A stretch of 64,000 bases of DNA from Eledone cirrhosa (Eukaryota): NCBI GenBank assembly GCA_964016885.1, contig OZ024741.1, forward strand, positions 174,902,001-174,966,000, written 5' to 3'. The number at the start of each line of letters is the position of its first letter. Position 1 is the first letter of the stretch. The notes beneath the pieces were generated by a model. That model was not told the origin of the DNA. It made no database searches and saw nothing but the letters and a program-made list of their open reading frames with translations. The translations under genes were made by a program, and so were the position numbers. Shown here in pieces: positions 27,001-42,000 of the stretch.

Positions 27001-30000
27001 AAATTGCTACAAAGGTAAAGGGGATGCTCTGGAGAGGAGTAATTATAGGGGCATAAAACTGATGGATCAGGTTATGAAAGTGGCAGAAAGGATATTAACA
27101 CAACTAATTAGAGAAAGGGTCAAACTAGACGATATGCAGTTTGGTTTTGTGCTTGGGAAAAGTACAAGAGAGGTTCTTAGAGAAGAATAAGCCACTATAC
27201 TTAGCTTTTGTTGACCTAGAGAAGGCCTTTGATAGGTTACCCCGATCTGTCATCTGGTGGTCCCTAAGGAAACTAGGTGTTGAGGAATGGCTTGTGAGGA
27301 CAGTGTAAGCTTTGAACAAAGGTGCTGTCAGTAAAGTGAGGGTAGGAATGGCGTTTAGTGAGGAATTCCAGATACAAGTAGGAGTACATCAGGGTTCGGT
27401 CCTCAGCCTGCTCTTGTTCATTATAGACCTCCAAGCCATATCAGAGGAGTTTAAGACTGGCTGCCCATGGGAACTTCTCTATGCTGACGATCTGGTTCTT
27501 ATAGCAGAATCAGTAGAGGAGCGAGAGAATAAATTCTGGCTATGGAAACCAGTTGGAATTAAGAGGACTGGGAGTGAACCTAGCTAAGACAAAAGTGTTG
27601 ATGAGTAGAAAAAGGACAAAACTCTGATTCCGTCAGGGAAATGGCCATGTTCGATATGCAGAAAAGGAACTGGCATAAATTGTATAAAATGTACACAATG
27701 CAGATCTTGGGTACACACGAGATGTAGGGGGATAGCAGGCAAACTAATAGGTAGGGAAAAAAATATGTATGCAGTAAATGTACAGGTGGGTTCTATAGAA
27801 GTGGTTGATAGCTTCCGGTACCTAGGTGATCAGATTAGCGTGGGAGTGGGGTGTTCCGAGGCCATAGTATCTAGAATAAGGACGGGTTGGAAAAAGTTTA
27901 GGGATTTGCTTCCTCTGCTGACAAAGAAGGGTTTCTCCCTGCATACGAAAGGCCGGTTATATGATACCTGTGTGAGGTGCACGATGCTGCATAGCAGTGA
28001 GACATGGGCAATAACTGCAGAGTATATGCGACGGCTGGAGAGAAATGAGGCAAGCATGCTCCGTTGGATGTGCAATGACAATGTGCGTGAACGACCGAAC
28101 ATGGATGTGTTGAGAGAGAAACTGTGTTTAAGAGGGATAAGTGGTAGTGTGCGGGAGAGAAGACTGCGATGGTATGGACATGTGATGCGCATGGAGGATG
28201 ACCGCTGGGTAAAGAAGTGCCAAGAAATGCCAGTTGAAGGAAGACACAGTAGAGGAAGACAGCGAAAAACATGGGCGGAGGAGGTGAGAGCAGATCTCAG
28301 ATCGTTGAAGCTCATAGTGGAGAAATGCTGTGCTGAATAGGACCCGTCCCACCCTTGCAAGCAGGGAAAAGCGGATGTATGATCACGATGATAAAGTTCT
28401 AGGTTTTAATTACACTTTGTGGTATCTTAGGCAAGTGCCTTTGTGAATGAAATTGGGTTGACAGAAGCTGTTTTGAAGTGTGTCAGATATATTATACCTG
28501 TAATTCAAAGGGCCAAACTTGACACATTCTGTATCAGCTTCAATCTCCCTGAGAATTATGTTGTGGGTAAATGTGTCTAGAGAATACTCAGTCACTTAGA
28601 CATAATTTCACAAGTAGGTCATTCTTTTCATTGAACAACTGACCTCACAGTGTGAAAACCAACGGAAAAATTGCTGACAGAATTTTGGATCAATGTTAGT
28701 GGCTGTGCCATGCATTTGAGTGAGGTGTGACAACTCATCTAACCCATGAAAGCATAGAAAATGGATGTAAAATGATGATAATTATGATTATGATAGTGAT
28801 ACTGATGATCTGATAGTGTTACTAATGATTATGATTTATTTGTCTGTTTACTGAAATTACTCTTTGGCTTAGCATGTGCTGATTGTATTGGAAGCTGATA
28901 AATTATCTTGTTTTCTCACTTTTTTTCTTTCTTTCTCTATTGAATTTCTGCAGAAGAAACTCTTCTAATTCAACATCTAGACCAAATATTTGCTATGCTC
29001 ACATCCTGTTTAAATAACTCAAGTGTACCGCTTTGTTTGATGAGTGTTAAGTGTCTTTCTTTGTTGTGGGATTATCACGATATCCTCAACCATGATAAAC
29101 AGTCTATAACTATAGAGCACATTCTTGTAATTATGAATAAGACAAAAGATGAAACACTAAGGTAAGATTTTTATTAATTTTGATTTCATTTGATACCTAT
29201 GTATGTGAGATCATGTGTGGTTCTATAATTCAAAATGTCTTGTTTTAACCCTTTCGATACCAACACACTTGAAACCATTCTTGGTTTATGATACAAAGTG
29301 TTTATATTTATCTAAAAACCTTCGATCACAATTTTATGTAAGAACATCAGCTTGATAGTAAGGAAGTTATTTTACTAAATCCCTCCAAATTTCTGATCAT
29401 TTACAAAATTATTTTTAAATCATATAGTGTCTTTCATTAAAAATATGATAACGAAAGAGGGATAAAGTGTTCATATTTAAATGAAAAACTTTCCATCACA
29501 ATTTTATGCAAGAATTTTATTGTTTAGGTTATGTTTCAAAACACCGGCTTAATAATGAAAATCTTTGTTACTTTATTCAATTCCACCAAGACCTAGGACT
29601 TGTTTGTAAGAGATTGGTAGGACTTAAGTGTATATATAAATAAATAGGCTTTGTGCCTATATATTAGAAAGGAATGTGATTTGTGTCTATATATATAAGA
29701 AATAAGCCTAGTGCCTACATATAAAAAAAGGAAAAAAGATATGTGGCTATGTGTAAGACTTGAAGCAATGATTTCTTACTTATTTAATCCAGAAAACTGT
29801 TCATGACTTAGTGGAGGCATGTGCATGGTGTAGTGGTTAGGATGTTGGTCTCATGATTGTTTCAGAAAAAAATTAATTTTCTCTCTCTCTTTTTTTTTTT
29901 TTCTTCCTGAAATATTGTTACCAGATCTCAATGTATGGCAATGTTATCTGAAATGGCATTAAAGTCCCCAGAAGTCATACATCAGAATGTATTCTCTCGC

Positions 30001-33000
30001 GTGTTTCAAACCTTTAAAAATGGTAAGTACAGGATTTTACTTTTCAGCCCTTTTCATACCAAGCCACCTGAAATTGATCCTGGTTCTATGATACTAAGAT
30101 ATTTATTTTAAAATGTTTATATCTGTCTAAAAGTCTTCCATCATAATTTCATTCATGCACCAGCTTAATAATGAGAAAGTTAGTTATGTTACTAAATCCT
30201 CCATAATTCTTGATTATTTAAAAAATTATCAGTGCCTTTCATTAAAAATATGGTATGGAATGGAGTAAAGTGTTTATATTTATCTAAAAGCCCTCCGTCA
30301 TAATTTTATGTAAGAACCTTAAGTAATGCTTCAAACATCAGCTTAATAATGAGAAAGTTAGTTGTTTCTAAATTTCCCTAATTCTTGATTAGTTTCAAAT
30401 TTATTGAAAAATCATAGATAGTATTTTTCATTAGAAATATGGTAATGAAAGGGTTAACTTAAAAAAAACATTTTCAGTGTATTTTTATGGTTAGATGCTT
30501 TAAAGAAAAGTGTTCATAACTTAGTCAGCGGGGTAGGGTGCACGATGTAGTGGTTAGGATGTTAGTTTTATGATTGTCACATGGTTTCTGTCTTTGGACT
30601 ACATGTCGTGTTTTGCCTTTGAGCAAGGTAATTCAGTGAAAACTGACAGCAGCAGCTGGGAGGTGGTTAACATTATGATGGACTTCCGTTGTTTAAGAGG
30701 GTCTGCTTGTTCTCAGTAACTTAATGCTTCATGGAACCATAACAAGCTCTAGCTTGATGATCCTCTGGGCTTCAGAAAGACTTCAGCGTTGTTTTTAACA
30801 GAGGAGGAATAGCAGTGGTTATAACCTATTTGCTAAACCTCCAAGAAAGACTGATGGGAGAAAGGGTAAGAGAATGTTAGTGGGAGAAAGAATGTAGGAA
30901 AAAGGATGGGAGAAAAAGAATAACAAAAAGAGGGGTAGGAGAAAGGAGAGAATACTTGTCTGAATACGTGTCAGAAGTACAACCTGCGAAAGTCACTGGT
31001 GTTGTTAGATTAGACAAGGAATTAAAGTTAACTTAGTCAAATCACCACCACCACCACCACTACTCACCATCATCACCATCAATAGTAATAGCTCTGTCAT
31101 TATCTGCATCATTATCATCACCTATGTCCACTTTCTATGTTGGCATGCATTGGACAGTTTGTCACAATCTGAGCCAATTTTTAATGCCCTGACAGGTATG
31201 ATGACCACAGCCCACTTATATGTTCAACCACTTACTGGTTGCATTTCATTCATTGCAGCACCAACATTCCAGTGATTAGCAGCTCCTTGATATTACTAAA
31301 GAGTCATCTTTACCCTACAGGGACTCTATTCAGTTTGCTAACCACTTTACAGAGAGTACTGGGTGCATTATTTACATATATTTATTTTCGTTTAGTGATC
31401 TACATTTTTGTCAGTTTGATTTCAGGTTCTGGAGACAACACATCTAAACACAACCATCAACTAACCATACCTAGCGCTCTGGAAATTTGTTCCTCAATAT
31501 GTATGCAACCTTCAATCACAAAAATTGTCTTGCCTGAGATTTGGCTATGGTTAGAGAACTTAGTTAAAGGTAAGAAAATTAATTCATCAATCCTTTAAAT
31601 ATCAACCCCCCTAAAACTGCCTCTATTAAAGTGATCAAATTCAAATTTAAAGCTTGGACTGACATCTTGTTTCATATTGGTTATTTGGCAGTATCACCTG
31701 AGCATCTGACAAGATGCTTTGTGGTATTTAGCTATGACTTTCTGCGTTCTGAGTTCAAATCCCGCTAAGGTAAACTTTACTTTTCATCCTTCTGTGGTTG
31801 ACATAATCAACTTTCCTCTTCCCTTGAATTGCTGGCCCTGTACCAAGTTTAGAAAGAATTATTACATGCCAGATAATGTTACATTTCAGTAGTTAAATAT
31901 TTGTCTTGTTAAGTTGAAATTTAGTTATTTCACTAAACATTTCATAATTCTTAATTATTTTCACAATTAAAGCACAAAATCTGTATATTGTTATAAGATA
32001 TGGTCACAAAAGGGTTAAAATAACTTTAGTGCTTGTAGTAGTTACTTTGTTAATGTCTTTCACATACATATATTAAGATTTATATAATTGTATTGGTCTG
32101 TTAATCTGCCATAGTTAAATTACTGTTGTTTTTGATTCTCTGCATCCTCCTGCCCGTTTTTTACTGTTTAATCAATAAGAAAAGGACCATACTCAGGTCT
32201 CTATTCAGAGGTTCTGAGACTAGTGGGAGGGAGAAATGTTTCCTCAAACCAGAAACCTGGTCTGAATAATTGCAACATAATGGATTCTGCTGCATGCATC
32301 CAAGAAGCAAGTGGTTGTGTTAAACTGGGAGAGGGTTTAAATCTACCATCCAAGGGTCAAGTGGTGGTGTTAAACTAGGTTAAAGATTAAGCACAGGAAC
32401 TCAAGGGCTAGGTGTTGGTATTAACCCTTTAGCATTTACATTACTCTATATATACTATTATATTTTCAAGGTAAAGGCTTTATCTCATATTATATCGAAT
32501 CTATGAGATTTCAATATTATTTATTTTGAGAACAATACCTTAACATCAGTATGAATGCCTGGTTTAAACAGAAAGAGGTGAGAGAATGCTGGTTTAAATG
32601 CTAAAGGGTTAGACTAGGCAAGGGATTAAGTCTACCATCCAAGGGCCAAGTGGTGGTGTTAAAGTTGTCAATGGATTAGGCTTACCACTAGAATGTGTTT
32701 AATTTTGTAAGAACAGTAGCCTTAACAAAACTCATCCTCCATTGCAAATATAGAAAACACACATTTCAGAAAGACAACCAACTGATGAGGGATCCAGCTG
32801 GATCAGTTGGAAACAGTTGCTTCTGAGAGAACCTGCTGGAGTGTTTGTGGACTCTGCCTGCATGACCCTCTCAGGCATAAGTGGGTGAAGAAGAAGAAGA
32901 AAAGATAAAAAAAAACAACCAATGACCCCAGTCAAGTGAAATAGAGACAAATAGAATCTTGTTCTAACCGGAACAAGATTCAATTTGTTCAACCAAAATT

Positions 33001-36000
33001 ACTTTGGTTGAACAACTGGAACAATTATTGTTGAAACTGACAGAGGCCCTATTAACTGAGTGGACTCAACTAAAAGCACCAGTTGGTGTATTAAACTGAG
33101 TGATAGATTATGTTTTCCTTTCAAGAGGCATGGTTAGGAAATAGAACCACAAAACAGTGACTAAGGAACACTTATGCCAGAAGTATGTTTTGGTGGTTTC
33201 AAAAATTTTTTTTTTTTTTGCAATAGGGTGATATTACGTGTCCGTGAGGTGGGGCAGTGGCTTCAAAAGTTTGAGAACCTCTAGTTTAGAGAGAGGAAGA
33301 CAATAAATTGCAGAGGATGATAGGAACAGAGCCAGTGATGAATGTTGTGAAGAGAAATGGAATGAAGTTGTTGGGTCATGTTGATGAAGAATGAAAGTGA
33401 CTGAGTGACAAGAGTGACAGAAATGAATGTGGAAGAAGAAAGAAATGGCTTAAGATGATGAAGGTAGAAATGATAGCCAGGGGATTGGTAAAAGAAGATG
33501 CAGACAATAGGGAAATATAAAGAAGCTTGTCGTGCCTCCTCTTCTTTAGCAAAGAAAATGGCTTTTGAATGCTTATTGTTTATGTAGTTTGCCTATTGAA
33601 ATACTGTATAAAACTTCTATATTTGTAGGTGATACAAATAGAACATCCAGTGTCAGCAACTTATTTCATGTAGGAATGGAATCGTTATTGACGATTACAA
33701 CCATCAACAGTTCTGTTGGATCATTTACAGGCCTGGAGTATTTCTACACCTGGTTACTTCCTCGATTGTTGAAGTTAAACATATGTCACCTGGTAGAAAG
33801 TGATGTCTCATCAACCATTACATCCATCACAGACTGTACTAGCTCTATTCTGAGAGAAATTTCAACAAAACTTGACAAGAGGTAAAAGTAAAGTCAGTTT
33901 TAATTTTGATTTGGTAAACCTTTTGTTGTAGGGGAAAAAAAACCTGAACAGCCCCGCGTAACTAAAAGTGGACTAGGCGAAATGTCTATAAATAATAACT
34001 GAAGTGAACTGTCAGGTAGACTGTGTATACAAAGTCTCGTTGAAGTATTTCATTGGTAGTTCGGAATTACGCCTGGTGAATGCTTTGGTTTTACCCTCGT
34101 TTCGTACATATATACTAAGCAGGCATGTAACACCATTATAACACCTTTTCAAAAAAATCCGGCCTTTCTAGCTGTTATTCTAGAATGATGTGCTATTTTA
34201 TAAGTTATCTTATAGTATCCCTCACATGAGCACAACATTCTTTATATTTTCAACACTTAGAATCCAAGAGTTTGGCTACGTTTCTTCTTTGTTTATACAC
34301 AGATGTCTGTTGACATCTGAAAGCTGTGATTCACCTATCTATTTAAAGTGGTAAAGAGTTGTCATGGTCCCTTAGCAAAGGTTAAAAGCTCCTAACTGTT
34401 ATCTGGGAGATATGGGATTCAATTCCTCATAGTGGCCAGTGGCAACTTCTTTTTTCGGCTTTTAAGGATCTTCACCCTATTTTATAAGCTATTATATAAC
34501 ATCTCCACGCATGAGTACATCATTCTTTATATTAACTCTAACAATGTTGTCGATTCTTACTTAATATCGTAATAAATATTATTACCACATGTGTATCTAG
34601 TTCAGAATAGGTTCACTGTATCGTTGCATGTAAGAGGTGACTAAAAGAGTTGGTGTCAGGTCGGGCATCCAACAGTAAATGTTGTCTCAGAAAGTCCCAT
34701 CGAACCTATGTTAGCATGGAAAAATTGGTGTCAGGAAGGGCATCCAACAGTAAATGTTGTCTCAGAAAGTCCTATCCAACCCATGAAAAAGTTGATGTAA
34801 AAATGATGATGACGGCGATGTCGACATCAAGGGAAATATTTGTGAAGCAAATATATCATTCACAAGAGATCTGTGTTTTTCATCTCCATCGTTTTCATTG
34901 CCATCATCATCATCATCATCATGTTGTCATTGTTGTTGTTGTCATCATCATCATTGTTCTCGCAGCCATCATAATCACCAGCACCACCATCATCATTTGT
35001 ATCATTTTTAATATATCACGTTAGCCCCAAATTATAGGCTTCATAGCTAGTATATAGTGGTGGGTGGGGGTGGGGTGGCAGTGTAAATTACAATCGAATG
35101 AAGCCCTGGATGTATGGATTTGTATTCAAAAGATCAAGGGATCGAAATAAATAATATCACACCTTTGATCTGATATTCTTCGACCCTTTCTCCCAATCTA
35201 TCCACTTTTAATTATTGTGGTACCACAATAGAATATGTTCAGCACTCAGTCCACACTGGAATGTGGAGCTGCTGCTGTCATGATAAAATGCACCCAACCC
35301 ACTCTGTAAAGTTGTAGTGCTGGTGCTACGATAAAATGCACACAGACCACACTGTAAAGTGGGAGTACTGGTGCCACGAAAAAAGCACTCAGTTCACTCT
35401 GTCAGATGGTAGTGGTGGTACAACAAGAAAACAATCCTGGTGCATGCTGTGAAGTTGGCATTAGGAAGGGAATCCAGCTGTAGAAACCATACCAAAATTG
35501 AAAGTGTGACAACCCATATAACCCATGCAAACATGGAAAATAGACGTAAAATGATTATTATGTCAGAATTTTTATGATTTGTTTTGTAGGAAAGGAGAAG
35601 AGTTGTCGGAGCAAATGATACGCCTTTTCTTTCATGAAGACCTCAGTGTATTTGATATTTCTGCTTCTATGAACATGAAGTTTTGTCCATTGAAGGTACA
35701 GTATATCTTTTGTTGTTTAGACTCAGATAGGCCTAATCAAGCTGAACTTGGATCAAAGGCGTTCTTTGAGACCTTTTGATTTTAAAGGGGATTTAGTTGC
35801 TTTTTAATGTAAGTTAAGTGATTGAATAGAGATTGCTGCTAATGAATGCAGTACGTGGAAGGAAACCATGCTTGAAAAGACTGTTCAACCCATGCAAGCA
35901 TGGAGAAATGGCTGTAGACAAGTACATTGTTTAATATGTCTTTCCCTTTATTAAGACATTTGCATGTGCTTTGAGGGAATTAGGCTAATATTTCTAACAT

Positions 36001-39000
36001 GTCAAGTGTCCATATATAGTTTCCTCTATTGGCTCTTTTATTGTCTTAGTAAACTATTTTATAAGGTACCATATATACTCATGTGTGTCACCTTTTTCCA
36101 CAAAAATATATGAAAAACCAACATTCAATTCAAAATATATGGTAGATTGTAAATGTTATATGAAAATGGAAGTGTGGCTTATCTACTGACGTAAATTACA
36201 TGTGTATCCTAAATAGGATACACATGTAATTTACATTTCATATGAAGCAAAAGTTTGCCCCAGGAAGGGGACTAGACTGTAAAACATTGCTTCAAAAAGA
36301 TGGGTATGAAGCCTGTCATAATGCCTGCATGGTTAATCCCTGCTTTTAAATAGCCTTAAAATGCTTATTGTTGTTATATGCAGTTGTATATTCTTGTTAA
36401 TGTGTTTTCAGTGTCATTTCTTAAGACTTTTTGTGCTGCATTTGTCTGGCAAGTGACTTGATCTGTGACTTTGTGTTGAAACTAAAGCAATTACATAATG
36501 GAAAATATATTTTTGGTATTCAACAAAACACACAACAACTGTTATATTTATTTTGTGGTGTCAAAATTTAAGCTGCAACTCTTTGCAACCTGGTCACCGA
36601 TACTAAGAAATAAATGATTCGTCATTTTATATCTGTTTTCCACGTATATCTAGAATAGATAGATCATCCCTGCTAGTTGTAAGAGGCAACTAAAAGGGTT
36701 AGCATCAAGAAGGGCATTAGTTGTAAAACATTGTCTCAAAATATCCCATCCAATATAGAAAAGTGGATGTAAAAATGATGATGACTACCATGCTGGCTTG
36801 AATATAAAAGATTTTTGTGTTTATTGAATCAGTTAAATTGCCACTTCCTCAGTGTAATTATATTTTTACTTGCAAAATTATCATTATTGTTTCTGTATAT
36901 AGGCCATAAATTGGCAGAAGCATTAGATCATCAGTAAATAGTGCCTTAAAGTATTTATTCCAGTTCTGTACATTATGGATTCAAATCCTACTGAGGTCAA
37001 ACTTACATTTCATTCTTTTGAAGTTGATAAAATAAAATACCAGTTAAGTATTGGTTTGGTATAATTGATTTTATGCTTCTCCCTAAAATTGTTGGTCTTG
37101 TGGTCAAATTAGAAACCAGCGGTGGATTCGCAGTATCGGTAGAGCGTCGGACACTATGCTTTGCAGCATAGAGTTATGGCCCTTTACGTTTTGAGTTCAA
37201 ATACCGCTGAGGTTAGCTTTGCCTTTCATCTTACGAGGTCGATAAAATAAAGTACCAGTAATGCACTGGGGTAATTGCTGGCCTTATGCCAAAAGTAGAA
37301 ACAATTATTATTTCTATATATTGCAAACTTGTAGTAATTCTATTTTTTCTGATGTTTCAGCCAACAACTTCAATCAAACAGACGCGACTGATAAGGTTTT
37401 TAATGGCCGTTATATGTAGTCTTATTCCTGAGGTAAGGCATTTCTGGTTTTTTTTTTCACTTTATTAACCCTTTCAATACAAACCTACTTGAGACCACCC
37501 ATACTAAAGTGTTCATAATAAACCCTTTCATTCCCATCTTTCTAACCACACCTATATTTTTCAATTAATTTTGTAAATAATCAACAATTTAAAGGAATTT
37601 AGTTAAAAAACTAACCATATTCTTCCATAACATTATTTTTTTTATTTAGATAGGATTAGAAAGGTATTGTAATTTGCTTGAAGCATTGTGTAAAATGTAG
37701 CAAATAGTGTTTTTTGAAGGCTACTACAATGATATTGGGGTTACCTTGCAGTTCTTTATAGGTCCTTTATATTTCAGGGTAAAATCCCTTCATCAAAAGA
37801 TTGATAGAAGAGACTAGTTCCGAGCTGTGTTTTTTGTCACTCTTAAGTTACTGTTTCTTTTTAATTTGAAAGTGACTATTTTTTATTTCTCAATACTAGA
37901 AGTGTTGAATGGATCATAGTATGTGATCTAAGCTATTTTTGTATCATTAAAACTCACAAAACTAGCCCTAAACTCCAAATCAGATCCATTGTCTATAGCA
38001 TAGAAGGACACCTCTATAAAATTTCTTAGCTTCTCTTATGGATCCTCAAACCTATACTCTCTACCTTTCCTGGACATGTCAGCAACACTGATGAGGTCAT
38101 CCCAAAACTCCATCAACTTCAGCTAAACCAACTTAAACATAACAGATACACCTTTAACCCTGACAAAAATAGTACTTTTTATTACAGCATCAGCACTGCC
38201 ACTTTACAGGGTAGACTGGGTACTTTTTGTTATGGCAGTAGCACTACCACCTTATTGGTTAGATTGGGTTCTTTTTGACGTAGCACCATCTCTACTACTT
38301 TACAAGGTGGACTGGTTGGTTTTTGTTGTGGCACCAGCAGTGTCTTATTGATTATATTGTTTAATTTGTTCCATTTGCAGATTACTATCTATAATCTAGA
38401 ACATTTTAAAGGGAAGAACAACTCCAATAATTATTCTAATGAATTCCAGTATATAACCAGATATGACTAGTATATAATGTTTCATTTGCAGAATACCTTT
38501 GTTGATTGTTTTAACAAACTCGATTATATATATAGAGCTATGATTAGAGCAATTAATCTGTTTTTCAGGTTACCATTGACAACCTGGAACATTTGCTCGA
38601 ACAACTTGCTGACCTTGCACTACAAAGTAAAGACCATATCACACGGACAGTGGCAGCCAAATGCTTTGCTGGCCTTATCAACAAACATGGACAGAGTAAA
38701 TTTTATTTTGTTTGTTATATATATTGTAGTGGATGTTAAGAAGCTAGAAACATACACACACAAACACACATAAACACATATGCATAACACACATGCATAA
38801 TAATACTCAAACACATATACATATAAACGCATTCATAATAACACATAAACACACATAAACACACATGTATAATAACACACACACAAACTGAATAACACAT
38901 TAATATGCATGTATATATTCATGAGTCTCACTATATTTGTACTCCATCAACTAACGTTTTGTTGTAAGTCATTGTAAAAGAAAAATGTTTAAATGCTTTC

Positions 39001-42000
39001 TTTTCGTTCTAGCATCTCCTGGTAAAGAATGTTTAGATTGTTTACAAGAGCAGCTTAAGAATAAGATAACAAATAAAGAGAACACCTCAGGTGATGTTCG
39101 ATTGAAAGCTTTACATTTGTGGTTGTGGATTACTAAAGCCCTTCTTATCTGTGCCCATTCTCAAGCTAACAACTCTGTTGATTTGGTAAGTTTTCATTTT
39201 ACTTTCTTTAATTCTTAACATCTTGTACCACATGAAACTGCATTGGCAAGACATTCTTGTGTGAATCAGCACTATGACTGCATCTAATGAACATTTAATA
39301 CTGAAAATTGTTGCAGTAATCTATCCATGAGTAAAAAGATAATATAAACATTTGAATTAACAAACATGATTTCAGGTATTAACTTCTAAATCATGACAGG
39401 ATATTAAGAGTTAACTATATTGCATTTATTCTTTACAGCATCTCTGAAATCATATGACTAGGGCTCCTTACCATTAAAACACTCAAAAGACCTGTGAGAT
39501 ATAGCCTCATATGAAGCTGCCTAAAATGATGCATAATAGCAACAACACCACCACCATTCCTCCAAAATGAGTGTTAGCTGTGTCAAAGGCATGGCAGCCT
39601 CTCTAGTGTTAGTGATTTACATGAAAAATGCACAATTTGTAAAGTGGTTGATTATAGGAATGGCATCCAACCATAGAAAGCTTGTCAAACAAAGGGTTGG
39701 AAGGACCCTTCGGTTGTGTCAATGACATGATTCCACCCCCCTAGTGCCATTGTCATGATAAATTGCAGTCGGTAGAACACTGAGAGATACGTAATAGAGC
39801 CCATCCAATGATATTAGCTCTTTTTGAGTACTGGGAAGACCTGTCCAACCCTTGCTAGCTGGAAAAACGTATGTTAAATGATGATTTTGATGATGATAAT
39901 GTGGGGGGTTTGGAGTCATTAAAGTGTAAGGCAGTAGGACTTGTGGTATTTGTTCTGGCTCTCTGCACTCAAACCTGCTGAGGTCAAATTTGCCTGTCAT
40001 TCTTTCAAGGATATATAAAATATACTACCAGTACAGGTAGGTAGATTGGCAGAGTTGTTGGTGTGTCAGACAACATACGTCTCAATATTTGTTTGCTCTT
40101 TGCATTCTTCTGTGTCCTACTTTGGTAGTAGATTTAATCCATCTTTGAGTTTAACACCACTCTGCAGAGTGTACCGAGTGTATTTTATTGTAGCACCAGC
40201 ACTAGGGAGGTGGTGTCCTTGACACAACTGAAGACATCTGACCCTTTGTTTATCAAATCTTCTATGGTTGGATGTTCTTCCTATCACCAACCACTATACA
40301 GTGTGTTCTGGGTGCATTTATTTGTTGGTGATGATAGTGATGGTGGGGATAATGATATAATGATAGTGGTGTTGGTGGTAATGATGATGATGGAGATGAT
40401 GGCATCATTGCTATCAATGTCTTTGTCCATGGCAATCAGCCAGTATTTTTTCCTAATCTGTTCATATTTTTTCTTATTTTAGGTTTTTAATTTATTGAGT
40501 GACCCAGAGCTGGGAGAAGCAGCTGCAGAAGGAGTGTTTGTCATTCTAAATGAATATAAAGATGTCTTAAGCCAGCCACAACATGCAAACATCCGTATTA
40601 TGTACAAACAGAGGCTTTTTGTGGAGAATGTGCAGCATTTATCGAAATCATTCCATGAAGTTAAATCTGGTGAGCAATTTTGTATATCTCTCGGCACCTT
40701 TTTTTTTTGGTCTAACATCATCATCATTGTTGTTTTGATGTTCACTTTTCCATACTATCATCACTATCATCAATAAAATGAAGCCAAGAACTGGGGTTGT
40801 TTTTGTCAACTTTGCTCTTCCCCCAAAATTACTAGCCTTCTGCCTTAATTAGAAATCAGTATTTTTATATATCAACATTGTTAGGTTTTGATCAGAGATC
40901 AAACTGATTGTACCATATTGCCATGATGATGATCATTGTTTAACATCTATTTTCCTTGCTAACAAGGCTTAGATGTGAATATCAAAAAAATAAATTAATT
41001 AATTAGTCTCTTAACATAAGATGGATAATGTCAAAACTAAAATTTATTCAACAAATCTGAATTAAATAAGATGTTTGCAATAATAAAATATTTAAAGAAA
41101 AAAATAAATAATGAAAGTAAGAGGAAGGTGTGGCAGGCTTTATACCCTAGTCTAAAGCTTTGCATTAGATATTGTACTCCTGCGCTCCTCTGAAATGTTG
41201 GCAATGCCTGGGCAGTGACATAGAAACTCTCTCAGCTACATCTAGTGCAAGAGACTGAATTAGGTAAAGTCATGTGTTTTCCTCATAGGCTATAAAAATC
41301 TCAGCAGTGCCCCGTGGACAAGATGGCAAAATCTTTGCCATAGAGAATTGCCAGCAACATATGCTGTATCAGCCACTCTACCTCATCGTGCTCCTGCTTC
41401 GGGCGGAATGCTCACCAAGTTTTGTAGAGAAAAATAACAATTTGAGGACACTGGAAGTCTCAAAAATCAATTGAATTAGAGAAACAATTTTTTCAGTTCT
41501 ACAATACTCCCATTTTTTAAAGTTGTAAAGGTGCCACAACATAATTGTTTCTACTTTAGGCACAAGGCCAGCAATTACCCAGTGCATTACTGGTACTTTA
41601 TTTTAGTGCCACAGCATAATGGTTGGAATGTTGGTCTCACGATCATAAGGCCATTATTTTGATCCTTTGACTGAATGCCACATTGTGTCCTTGAGCAAGG
41701 TACTTAATTTCATATTACATCAGTCCACTTAGCTGAAAAAATGAGTACCATCAGCAGCTCAGAGTTAACCATGTGAATTAATTGGTGTCCCATTCAAGGG
41801 ACTCTCAATCACTTAATACTGAGGTTAAGGTTAACCTGAACCCTACATGAAACTTGAGATAAGCTACAGCCTAATGAGCCTCCAGGATCAAGACAGATAT
41901 TTTAGAACCGCTTTAAATATTCAGCTTTACTTAATTTTAACTACAGTTATATATGGATTGAGCTAGTGAGATTGACCTAGTCCATTCTGTATTGACCACA

